In this document: piece after piece, positions 19,389 to 27,767 of the stretch
How positions within the stretch are numbered: the stretch's first letter is position 1
How the letters are laid out: each line of letters begins with the position of its first letter
Source: Patescibacteria group bacterium
GTDB lineage: Bacteria > Patescibacteriota > Saccharimonadia > Saccharimonadales > CAYUUR01
Direction of reading: 5' to 3'
DNA length: 64,000 nucleotides
Assembly: GCA_052034685.1 (NCBI GenBank)
Contig: JBPOIH010000007.1
Location: 13,249-77,248 of the forward strand
Program-made: the position numbers and the translations under genes
The notes under the pieces: model-generated
Seen by the model: only the letters and a program-made list of their open reading frames with translations
Told to the model about the DNA's origin: nothing
Databases searched by the model: none

Positions 19389-21274
19389 TGAAGCCAGAGA
19401 CAACCATACGTCCGTACACTCCTGAAGACATACCGAGCATGCACAACGTGGCAATTCGTGCAGCAGAGCACGATAGTGTAGACCCACTGTCTACTCTTGA
19501 GTCAATGCCCTCGTTGGAACAAATAGTAGAGTCTTTGGAAAGTAATAACACTGATCCAAATTCAGATGTGTTTGTGGCGGTGGATGAAAAAACAAAAGAT
19601 ATAGTCGGTTATGGCAAAATTGGCTGGTGGCAAGAAGAAGACGGTACCTTTGTCTATATTCACCAAGGACAAGTTGATCCAAAACACAGAGGCCACGGTG
19701 TCGGTCAAGAGCTTTTGCAAACACTACAATCTAGGATACGAGAAGTTGCTAACGGTCATCCAGAAGACAAACCTAAAACTTTTGGAGCTAATGCGAGTGA
19801 GTCTGAAGAAGGAGCATTAAAACTGCTCGAAAAAGATGGTTACAAAAAGGTGTGGTCACAAGTGGAGATGGAATTTACAGATTTTGACGATCTAAATGCC
19901 GTTGAACAACCGGAGGGTTTCGAATTTAGAGCTCCTACAACACTTGAGGAAAGACGAAAAGTTTATGAATTGAACGTTCGTGTATATGAAGGCCGTCCAG
20001 GGGCAGTTCCAGCTTCAGAAGAAGGCTTTCAAGAATTTCTCGAAGAAAATGCCGACCTTTCATTATGGAAAGTCGCATGGGATGGTGACAATATTGCCGG
20101 GTTTGTACTTGGCCGTTCCGACAAAGATAAGGGTGAGGTCACAGAGGTAGCCACTGCCCCAGAGTATCGACGTAGAGGTCTCGGTAAATGGTTAATGACT
20201 GAAAATATAAAAGCTCTTCACGAACAAGGGAATGAAATCATTCGTCTACACACCAACTCTGACGGTGCTCAAGGTGGAAGACAGCTTTATGAAAGCATGG
20301 GCTTCTCTGCACTCAAAGAAAGTCATAGATTACGCAAACCACTGAGAGAGTCAAAAATCAATCCTGAAGAAGTTGAAGCAGACACCATAGACGCAAACGA
20401 AAGCTGGCAAGCTGTCGAGCAACAGCTACCCCATATCAAAGATGTTGAAGGTGGCTTTAGTAAAGCTCAGCGTGGACTCGTGACCCTGCCAGACGGCAAA
20501 GAGGTGTTCGTTAAGGTTGGCACAGCAGAGAATACTCGGATTTGGGCACGAAAAGAAGTCGCCGTGTATAAGGCTTTAGAGGCTCATGGCTTCGAGCACA
20601 GCCCACGACTTATTGCTGCAAATGCTGATGGTTCAGCCTTTGCCCTTGAAGCCTTTAGTCCCGAAGATGGTTGGGATTGGCAAGATAACTGGACTGCTGA
20701 AAGATTAGCAGCAACACTCAAAGCCATGGATGACTTGGCAGCTATTGAGCTTAGCGATGCTGAGCGTACTATATTCATTAAAAGCAGTATTAGCCAGGAT
20801 GAAGATGGCTGGCGACCACTTTTAGAGTCACCCGAAATGCAGGAAATATTACGGCATAAACTCCATGGAGTAGGTGCGGACGATATCGCACAAAGTATTG
20901 ATTTTACTGCTGATACAGACAAAGCCAGCAGGTATGACTTCGCTGATGATGCGCTTGTACACTACGATCTTAGGGCCGATAACTGTGCGTGGAATGCAGA
21001 GACTGGACAGGTTCGTTTAGTTGATTGGAACTGGGCACAATTTGGTGATAGAGATATTGACCTGGCAGCCACTCTAACGCACGTTCAAAAGTCCGGTTTT
21101 GATATTCCTGTTGAGCTTATTGAAAAAGTAAACCCTGATGCATTTCACTGGATGGCTGGCTTCTGGCTTAATGCTGCTGCAACACCGATTTGGGAAGGTG
21201 GCTCTGAGAGTTTACGTGACCTACAGCTACTTTCTGGGATTACGGCACTCAGATTAGCAAAGGCCAAGCAGTGA
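19388..21274 (+). CDS. Fusion: tandem GNAT acetyltransferase plus APH/choline-kinase-like phosphotransferase
   Basis: Acetyl-CoA motifs VDPKHRGHGVG and TAPEYRRRGLG, LYESMGF; then VFVK, E, HYDLRADN and LVDW kinase motifs. Confidence 0.85.
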   Translation: MKPETTIRPYTPEDIPSMHNVAIRAAEHDSVDPLSTLESMPSLEQIVESLESNNTDPNSDVFVAVDEKTKDIVGYGKIGWWQEEDGTFVYIHQGQVDPKHRGHGVGQELLQTLQSRIREVANGHPEDKPKTFGANASESEEGALKLLEKDGYKKVWSQVEMEFTDFDDLNAVEQPEGFEFRAPTTLEERRKVYELNVRVYEGRPGAVPASEEGFQEFLEENADLSLWKVAWDGDNIAGFVLGRSDKDKGEVTEVATAPEYRRRGLGKWLMTENIKALHEQGNEIIRLHTNSDGAQGGRQLYESMGFSALKESHRLRKPLRESKINPEEVEADTIDANESWQAVEQQLPHIKDVEGGFSKAQRGLVTLPDGKEVFVKVGTAENTRIWARKEVAVYKALEAHGFEHSPRLIAANADGSAFALEAFSPEDGWDWQDNWTAERLAATLKAMDDLAAIELSDAERTIFIKSSISQDEDGWRPLLESPEMQEILRHKLHGVGADDIAQSIDFTADTDKASRYDFADDALVHYDLRADNCAWNAETGQVRLVDWNWAQFGDRDIDLAATLTHVQKSGFDIPVELIEKVNPDAFHWMAGFWLNAAATPIWEGGSESLRDLQLLSGITALRLAKAKQ

Positions 21275-21405
21275 CAGCAAAAAAGAAATCCGAAGTTCCG
21301 AAGAAGATCATTGTAGATGTTTCAGAAAACAGCCCAATGGGAAAATTTCATAAGGCTATGAAAAAGATCGTGTCTGTTTCTAAAGAAAAACTGAAAGATA
21401 AATAG
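21271..21405 (+). CDS. Small basic protein (44 aa) next to the right IR
   Basis: GTGA overlap with the upstream stop; MTAKKKSEVPKKIIVDVSENSPMGKFHKAMKKIVSVSKEKLKDK; below the ORF-track cutoff. Confidence 0.6.
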   Translation: MTAKKKSEVPKKIIVDVSENSPMGKFHKAMKKIVSVSKEKLKDK

Positions 21406-21421
21406 ATCATGTCCAAGGCAC

Positions 21422-21658
21422 TTATTTTGAACATTGATTAGTCAAGTATATTAGTGCTATTTCACTGTTTTCTTGGTAGGCGCCACTAATGCAGTCAGGC
21501 CCGTCGATTGCCACCCTTAAGCGTTGACGTCGTTGCATGAACTCTCTGAATTCACACAGCTTGCGTTGTTGCTCGTCTTCTAGGGCGCTATAAGTCACCA
21601 ACTCAATGCCCGGCATAGCACGACTCAACAGATTATCATCTGGTCTTTGACTCTCCAT
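21422..21658 (-). CDS. Hypothetical protein; last 11 aa are read from the IS end
   Basis: Starts 5 nt after the tig stop. Removing the element gives ...ENSEIV-stop (68 aa). Confidence 0.55.
   Translation of the reverse strand: MESQRPDDNLLSRAMPGIELVTYSALEDEQQRKLCEFREFMQRRQRLRVAIDGPDCISGAYQENSEIALIYLTNQCSK
21433..21458 (-). repeat. Right terminal inverted repeat
   Basis: ATTGATTAGTCAAGTATATTAGTGCT followed by the target duplication ATTTCACT. Confidence 0.93.
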
Positions 21659-21663
21659 AACTG

Positions 21664-22947
21664 CTACTTCGTTGCGTACGTAACTAATGATTCGATAGTT
21701 TTTTCCGTAATCATGCGGGAGCCGATCTCACGCTGGTTTTCAGGCTTATCAAGCTCAGCCTGCATAGCAGCGTCCTGATACTGACCTTTTAGAAGCTGCA
21801 AACGAACTTGTAACTCATCCGGTGTTATTTGGATGTTTTCTTGATCTGATACTTCTGCCAATACTAAACCGGCCTTGACGCGCATTTCTGCTTGAGGTGC
21901 CAATGTCTTAGTCCGATAGTCAGACTCACTGACGCCTTCTGATTCTAGGAATTCTTGCCAGGTCTGCCCGCGGTATAGGATATTCTGTTGCTGTTCTTTC
22001 AAAAGTGCATCGACCTGCTCATCTACCAGAACTTGCGGAACAGAAAGCTTAGTCTGGGCTACAATCTTCTCTATCAGTGCCTGTTCGTAGTCGCGCATGA
22101 TGTTTGTCTGGCGCTCTTGGGTCAGTTGCGCCTTGATGTCACGCTTTAGGTCAGCCAAGGTCTTAAATGGGCCTACAGAAGCGGCAAAAGAATCATCAAC
22201 AGTAGGTTCAATCAACTCTTCTACTTTTTTAATGGTTACCGCAAAGTTAACGACTTTGCCTGCGAGCGCCTTTACGCCGTAATCTTTAGGAAAAGTTATG
22301 TCAAACTTGAATGGCTTACCTGCAAGGTTACCAATAACTTTGTCTTCAAAACCTGGGATAAAGCTGTTGCTACCAAGAATAAGCGGGTAGTCGTTGCCTT
22401 CAGCACCCTTGATAGCTTCGCCTTTTTTGTTGGTTCCCTTGAAGTCAATCGTCGCTTGATCGCCTTTTTTGGCGGCACGCTTAACTTCTTTACGTTCAGC
22501 TGCACGAGAACGCAATGAATCGAGAACTTCTGTAACATCTTTTTCGGTTACTGAGGCTTTCTTGAGTGGCATTTTTATCTTTTTGTAGTCTGGAAGTATA
22601 ACCTTACCAATGACTGATACAACAGTTTCAAATTCGAGGTTTGTATACGGCACAAACTTTTTGATTGAAACATCAGGGCGAGCCACAGGGCGAATCTTGT
22701 GCTCATCGAGTGCCTGTACGTAAAAGGCATTAACGGCATCTTCGATGACTTCCGTTTCAAGAAGTGACTGGTCAACATTCTTTTCAATAATATTCAGTGG
22801 GGCTTTGCCTTCTCTAAAGCCGGCGACCTTGACCTTTGCGCCAAGCTTTTTGAGTGCACGTTGCTTAATTGGGCTGAGGTCTGCTTCAGATAACGTAAAG
22901 GTTAGAGTTGTTTGTGTGTCGCTGAGTTGTTTCTTGGATATATGCAT
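21664..22947 (-). CDS. tig: Trigger factor
   Basis: GFREGKAP signature; FKBP domain (IDFKG, FIPGFE, TFPKDY); start MHISKK preferred. Confidence 0.96.
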   Translation of the reverse strand: MHISKKQLSDTQTTLTFTLSEADLSPIKQRALKKLGAKVKVAGFREGKAPLNIIEKNVDQSLLETEVIEDAVNAFYVQALDEHKIRPVARPDVSIKKFVPYTNLEFETVVSVIGKVILPDYKKIKMPLKKASVTEKDVTEVLDSLRSRAAERKEVKRAAKKGDQATIDFKGTNKKGEAIKGAEGNDYPLILGSNSFIPGFEDKVIGNLAGKPFKFDITFPKDYGVKALAGKVVNFAVTIKKVEELIEPTVDDSFAASVGPFKTLADLKRDIKAQLTQERQTNIMRDYEQALIEKIVAQTKLSVPQVLVDEQVDALLKEQQQNILYRGQTWQEFLESEGVSESDYRTKTLAPQAEMRVKAGLVLAEVSDQENIQITPDELQVRLQLLKGQYQDAAMQAELDKPENQREIGSRMITEKTIESLVTYATK

Positions 22948-22998
22948 AGACGCCAACTATAACAGATGGCGTCTACTTTTTCTAGCCTTCTGAGCAGG

Positions 22999-24309
22999 CT
23001 AAGTATCCTTGCGGAAATCTTTGATGATTGTCACGACGCGCTGTAAGCTGTGACGTTCTTCTTCGCCGCTCATAATGTCTTTGAGCGTGTACTGCTGATC
23101 TTTGAGCTCGTTCTCACCAATAAACAACATGTAGCGAATGCCTTTTTTGGCAGCCTGCTTAATCTGCTTTTCTGCTTTTCGCCCTGACGGATCAACAGCA
23201 ACAGCCACACCCATCTCACGCAGTTCGGCAATGACTCGTTGCGCCGGAGCGTAAACATCGCCAATTAATGCTACATAAACTTTGGTTTCCGGTTTTAGTG
23301 CCGGCAGTAATTTATGTGTCTCTAAGAAGTTCTGTAACGTTACGTCGCCCATTCCAAAGCCAACAGTAGCCACCTCTTCAACGCCAAAGAGACCAACCAA
23401 GCCGTCATAACGACCACCACCAAACATAGAACGGTTGTTTTCTGGGTCTGTATCAAATACTTCAAAAACAATATCCGTGTAGTAGTCAAAACCGCGCATC
23501 AGTGTGATATCAAAGGTCACATTTGTTACCAAAGAATCACTCAACATAGCCATGAGCTTAGTTAGTTCTACAACTGAAGGATGCGCTTTAAGTTCATCAG
23601 GCAAATGTTTGAGGTCTTTAACTTTCAACAATGCTGTTAATTTGTCTTCTGTGCCGTCTTCGCGTTGAGACATACTCAGGATTGCATCAAGTTGCGCGGT
23701 AAATGCCGCCGGCTCTAGCTTGTGCATGCGATCAATCAGCTTTATCAGACTGTACGCTTGGGTTTGTGCCAAGCCAAGATACTCCATTAACGCTGCGTCG
23801 ATAAGTTTACGACTGTTCAAACGAAACAGGTATGTCTCAGGTTTTGCACCAAAGGCCTTCATTATGGCGTCAGCCGTCATAATCAGCTCATGCTCGGCCT
23901 CAATGCCTGGCAAACCAAAGAGGTCAACGTTCAACTGCCAGTGTTCGCGCAAACGACCACGCTGCGGCCGCTCATAACGCCACAAGTTGGGGATTGAATA
24001 CCAACGTACTGGGTAGGCCAGCTCTTGGCGACGACCGGCCACCATCCTAGAAACTGTCGGCGTCATCTCTGGCCGTATGGCAACTTTACGGCCGCCACGA
24101 TCCTCAAAGGTGTAGGTTTGTTCATTGACAATCTCTTCGCCTGATTTAGCGGCGTACAGTTCAAGTGGCTCCAATATTGGCGCATCGTACTCTTCGTAGC
24201 CGTATTTCTCTACCACAGAACGCATCACACCAAACATGTACTTTTGTTTGCGCTTGTCCTCCGGGTAAAAATCTCGGGCCCCTTTGTATGGCTGGGTAGA
24301 TAAACTCAT
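22999..24309 (-). CDS. hisS: Histidine--tRNA ligase
   Basis: RPEMT, RYERPQRGRLREHWQ, RGFDYYT, GGGRYDGL. Confidence 0.97.
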   Translation of the reverse strand: MSLSTQPYKGARDFYPEDKRKQKYMFGVMRSVVEKYGYEEYDAPILEPLELYAAKSGEEIVNEQTYTFEDRGGRKVAIRPEMTPTVSRMVAGRRQELAYPVRWYSIPNLWRYERPQRGRLREHWQLNVDLFGLPGIEAEHELIMTADAIMKAFGAKPETYLFRLNSRKLIDAALMEYLGLAQTQAYSLIKLIDRMHKLEPAAFTAQLDAILSMSQREDGTEDKLTALLKVKDLKHLPDELKAHPSVVELTKLMAMLSDSLVTNVTFDITLMRGFDYYTDIVFEVFDTDPENNRSMFGGGRYDGLVGLFGVEEVATVGFGMGDVTLQNFLETHKLLPALKPETKVYVALIGDVYAPAQRVIAELREMGVAVAVDPSGRKAEKQIKQAAKKGIRYMLFIGENELKDQQYTLKDIMSGEEERHSLQRVVTIIKDFRKDT

Positions 24310-24311
24310 AT

Positions 24312-25262
24312 TTATATCTCCAGTATCTCACAGCTAATACGATTTTTCACGTCTAGCTTAATTATTGAACCAATTGGGACAGTGAACATTGGAACGCTAT
24401 GACCAAAGTCCATATTTGAAACAACTGGTATATTTCCCAATTCAGCACGTCGGATCGAATCTTTTATATCATTAAAGCTTACTTTGCTAGTAGGTAAAAA
24501 ACGGCCAACCATAACACCAACTATGTTTTTTCGTGCTCCAGGTTGTTGCAGTATAGACTCAAGTCTCCTGTTGAATTCACGAGCTGTGTACTTCCCAGCT
24601 TCATCATCATCTTCTAACAGTAAAACTGTAGGCAGGTCAAACTTTGGCATATACGGAGTGCCCTGTAGTAAGTAAAACGTGCCGAGATTTCCGCCGATCG
24701 CAACGCCTTGTGCGTTCCCGGGCTGAATTATCTTCCAGGCTGTGCTAAACCGGTTTCGGTTACGCGGGCTCCAGCTCTGACTCTTACTCAGCTTGATAGG
24801 CACTTCTTTGTTAATCACCGCATCGAAAAAACTATAGGTGTAATCAGATTCAAATCTTTCGGACAAAAGTCCTAGTGTTGGTCCAAGCAAGCCATTCTTG
24901 GTGCCAGTCTTAGCGTAAATTGCGTTTACTAATGCAGTTATGTCTGAAAACCCAACCAGTGGTTTTGGGTTGTCTTTGATAATCTGCCAGTTGATGCGCG
25001 GCAGGATGGCATTCACAGACCACCCCCCGCTATAACACAAGATCATATCAACTCCTTTATCGAGGTATGCAGCCTCCAGGTCACTCACCCGATCTTGGAC
25101 GGAGGCAGTACCAAACCGTTGTGTTTTGCTAATATTTTGACCGAAGCTAAGTACATAGCCACGTTTCTTTAGCGTCTCTACTGCCCATTTTTTCCTAACC
25201 ATACTACTGCTGTCGCTGCCCGACGACGGCGCAATAATACGAATACTTGTTAGTTTACGCAT
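24312..25262 (-). CDS. S66-family peptidase (LD-carboxypeptidase/MccF-like)
   Basis: IIAPSS, GFSDIT (Ser), GGNL, LED (Glu), DFGH (His); ATG at 25262 overlaps the upstream stop. Confidence 0.9.
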   Translation of the reverse strand: MRKLTSIRIIAPSSGSDSSSMVRKKWAVETLKKRGYVLSFGQNISKTQRFGTASVQDRVSDLEAAYLDKGVDMILCYSGGWSVNAILPRINWQIIKDNPKPLVGFSDITALVNAIYAKTGTKNGLLGPTLGLLSERFESDYTYSFFDAVINKEVPIKLSKSQSWSPRNRNRFSTAWKIIQPGNAQGVAIGGNLGTFYLLQGTPYMPKFDLPTVLLLEDDDEAGKYTAREFNRRLESILQQPGARKNIVGVMVGRFLPTSKVSFNDIKDSIRRAELGNIPVVSNMDFGHSVPMFTVPIGSIIKLDVKNRISCEILEI

Positions 25263-26076
25263 CAGTGTTTCCTGCCTTAGCACCAGCAGTGCTGATTCTT
25301 CCTGTTTCAAGTAACTGCGTCGCTTCGTCTTGACTTAAGAATGCCAGATCAGCCCAGTCACGTTTTTGCGCCGACAACACATTTGTTACTAATGGATAGA
25401 CTCCTAATTTTTCCTGGACTTCTGCAGCGGCAGGCCGAGACACTTCGGATGTAAAGCCCGATGGCGGTGGCGCAAATAAAACCGCCCGCCCGGAAGCATA
25501 AAGCGCCATCGATGCCAGGTAATAGAACGGTGCTTTGTTAGGGACCAAAGGCGTCCATCCAAACCTTTCCGCCTGTAAACGATACCAACCACCAAAGTCA
25601 ACAATTAGACTGTCGGGACTTTCTCGTTCAATATTACGAAGTACAGCCTTGCGAATTCCCATCCAGTAATCGGTAATGTCAAGTTCAGGATAAACTGTCT
25701 TAGCATCTCCGACTGCTCCATCTCGTTCTTCTGTTGGCACTACCCATTTGCGTACTTCCTGTCTCTTTGGAAGTTTAAGCGGAGCGCGGTAACAATCAAC
25801 AATGCCAGAATTTGACGTTACGTACTGAGAGTCTTTGTAGGTTGCGATCATAGTAGCAAAACCAGCTTTGCTAGCTTTTGCAAGAAACTCAACCTCGCGT
25901 TCTGTACCTTTAGCCAAATATGGCGCAAATACAGCAAGAGGCCTATTCTGTCCTTCAAAACCTGGCGGCAAACTTGCTCCAAAAAACTCCATAACTCGTT
26001 CTTGTATTTCTCTGTCTTCTATTCTTTCTTGAGCAACATCAAATGCTTGCTCTGGGGTTATGTATTCTAAACTCAT
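25255..26076 (-). CDS. Hypothetical protein (273 aa; start MSLEY)
   Basis: SD AGGAG upstream of ATG 26076; globular composition; no assignable function. Confidence 0.75.
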   Translation of the reverse strand: MSLEYITPEQAFDVAQERIEDREIQERVMEFFGASLPPGFEGQNRPLAVFAPYLAKGTEREVEFLAKASKAGFATMIATYKDSQYVTSNSGIVDCYRAPLKLPKRQEVRKWVVPTEERDGAVGDAKTVYPELDITDYWMGIRKAVLRNIERESPDSLIVDFGGWYRLQAERFGWTPLVPNKAPFYYLASMALYASGRAVLFAPPPSGFTSEVSRPAAAEVQEKLGVYPLVTNVLSAQKRDWADLAFLSQDEATQLLETGRISTAGAKAGNTDA

Positions 26077-26101
26077 TTCTTTTCTCCTAAAATTTATATT
26101 C

Positions 26102-26134
26102 AAAAAAGTAAAAACGCCGGGTGACCGGCGTTTT
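26102..26134 (-). terminator. Intrinsic terminator/attenuator in the leader of the 26076 gene
   Basis: AAAACGCCGG-TCAC-CCGGCGTTTT followed by TACTTTTTT on the minus strand. Confidence 0.8.
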
Positions 26135-26157
26135 ATGAAATTCAAGAGAATAGAAAA

Positions 26158-26214
26158 CTAACCGATCAGCTCCGGCGATATATGTGATTGCGACTGGTTA
26201 GTTTGAGTAAACAT
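26158..26214 (-). CDS. Putative leader peptide MFTQTNQSQSHISPELIG
   Basis: TTGACC-17 nt-TATTAT-7 nt-ATG; stop is about 25 nt before the terminator hairpin. Confidence 0.5.
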   Translation of the reverse strand: MFTQTNQSQSHISPELIG

Positions 26215-26250
26215 AATGTATATAATAGCACAATAATCGTACTAGGTCAA

Positions 26251-26335
26251 TGGTGGGCGAGAAAGGACTTGAACCTTCACATCTTGCGATACTAGTTCCT
26301 AAGACTAGCGCGTCTACCAATTCCGCCACTCGCCC
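26251..26335 (-). tRNA. tRNA-Leu (anticodon TAG)
   Basis: GGGCGAG acceptor stem, GGAATTGGTAGAC D-arm, CTAGT-CTTAGGA-ACTAG anticodon arm, long variable arm, GGTTCAAGTCC, encoded CCA. Confidence 0.97.
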
Positions 26336-26393
26336 ACAAAATACCATTTGTTAATCGTGTAGTTGCTACTCGCGCACAAAATACTTGCATATT

Positions 26394-26927
26394 TTAGCGT
26401 GAACGGCGGAAAAATGCCAGTGTTAAGCCAGCGTAGTTCCTTTTGGTCGTCAGCGTGAGTCCCGTAAACTCTGGCACGTCAAACTGTGACGGCCACGATA
26501 GTACAAACAAGCCCTGGGGTTCAAGATGGTCAACAAGCTTTTGTAACAGATTAACGCGTAAGTCATTATATGGCGGGTCGCAAACAATAATATCGAACAT
26601 CAATTCACGATTATTATCTGCCCAGGACGAAACATTGGCGATGGTTGCTTTCACCCTATCCTCTATCCCAAGTTTCTCGACATTTTCTGAAATAACCTTG
26701 TAAGCCTTTTTGTCACTGTCAACGCAGTACACAAAGCGCGCGCCTCGGCTTATAGCCTCAAATGAGAGAGCGCCACTACCTCCAAAAGCGTCAAGCATGG
26801 TTAGTTCGGTGATGTCACCAAGCATGTTAAATAATGCACCTCGGGCTTTTTCGCTCATCGGGTGTGTCTTACGGCCACGTGGCGACACAAACTGCCGGCT
26901 TTTGAGTTCGCCCGCAATGATTCTCAT
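26394..26927 (-). CDS. rsmD: 16S rRNA m2G966 methyltransferase
   Basis: MRIIAG start, ALFNML, DAFGGSGALSFEAISRGA, DPPY. Confidence 0.92.
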   Translation of the reverse strand: MRIIAGELKSRQFVSPRGRKTHPMSEKARGALFNMLGDITELTMLDAFGGSGALSFEAISRGARFVYCVDSDKKAYKVISENVEKLGIEDRVKATIANVSSWADNNRELMFDIIVCDPPYNDLRVNLLQKLVDHLEPQGLFVLSWPSQFDVPEFTGLTLTTKRNYAGLTLAFFRRSR

Positions 26928-27763
26928 GCTGGCTGCAGAGCCTTTGGTCGAGGTATTGCACCAGCTTCCACTAATGCACTGTACCAAGTTAATGTAACCG
27001 TCTGCGTGATGACAGGCCCGAGCTTGTGACGAACTTGCCAAGCCAGTTTTGGCGTCCAGCCCCGCTTATAGTACGCACCATACATATCCATGACGGCAAT
27101 CTCTCGGGCAGCGGCTTGGAACCACGCAATTACACCGATGTCCATCATTCGCTTTATATCATGTTCAGAAGGAACCGCTTCTTTAAACGTTAACGGTGCA
27201 ATGATTGTAGCAATGCCTAGCTCAAACAGACCATGTGTTGTAATCAAACCCTTTGGACCCCACATCTTGAAGTTGTTTTTGACCTTTTCGCGGCGATTAA
27301 TACCCGGGATAATCCACTTAGCTTTTATACTTGTTCGGGTCTCAATACCTTCGCCACCACGGAGCTCTACGAGCTTTTTCTCGTAAGGATAATGGTGAGC
27401 TGGAGTCAGTCCGTCAACCAGTGCATGCGCCAGCCAAGCCGCCTCAAACGCTACCCGTTCATCATTGCCTTGTTTAAGCTCGTGAACGAGCTGCTTGTAA
27501 TGGTCTTCGATGAGCTTTACCAAAATTGAATCTTGGTCGTCAAATGGACTGTAGTAATGCCATGGTTCGTCTTTGGCTGGACTCTTGCGCTTTAGCGCGT
27601 CGGGTCCGTTTTTGCCCTCAAAGTGTAGTATCTTACGCGCCGTCGGAAAATGAGCATGCTCATCGGCAATCTTTGCCAAGTGTTTACGGGCAACCTTATC
27701 AAACTTTTGGTGCGCGCCCAAAATTCGTCCAGAGGTTTTTGTCAATGTTGATCCGCTATACAT
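26924..27763 (-). CDS. Hypothetical protein, possible Zn-dependent phospholipase C/P1-nuclease fold
   Basis: His/Asp pattern AHQK, PD, WHY, AHALVDGLTPAHH, HGLFE. Confidence 0.6.
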   Translation of the reverse strand: MYSGSTLTKTSGRILGAHQKFDKVARKHLAKIADEHAHFPTARKILHFEGKNGPDALKRKSPAKDEPWHYYSPFDDQDSILVKLIEDHYKQLVHELKQGNDERVAFEAAWLAHALVDGLTPAHHYPYEKKLVELRGGEGIETRTSIKAKWIIPGINRREKVKNNFKMWGPKGLITTHGLFELGIATIIAPLTFKEAVPSEHDIKRMMDIGVIAWFQAAAREIAVMDMYGAYYKRGWTPKLAWQVRHKLGPVITQTVTLTWYSALVEAGAIPRPKALQPA

Positions 27764-27767
27764 ATGT

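Larger units (their letters stand above)
16817..21458 (+). mobile_element. IS1595-family element with passenger genes (transporter IS), 4642 bp
   Basis: Perfect 26-bp terminal IRs AGCACTAATATACTTGACTAATCAAT; 8-bp flanking direct repeat ATTTCACT at 16809-16816 and 21459-21466; IS1595-type transposase inside. Confidence 0.93.

Noticed and set aside
17938-21405. IS cargo as a toxin-antitoxin or known anti-phage system
   Set aside because: No recognisable antitoxin or known defence architecture; not excluded without an HMM search.
26251-26335. tRNA-Leu as an integration site for an island
   Set aside because: No integrase nearby and I saw no duplicated tRNA 3' end.
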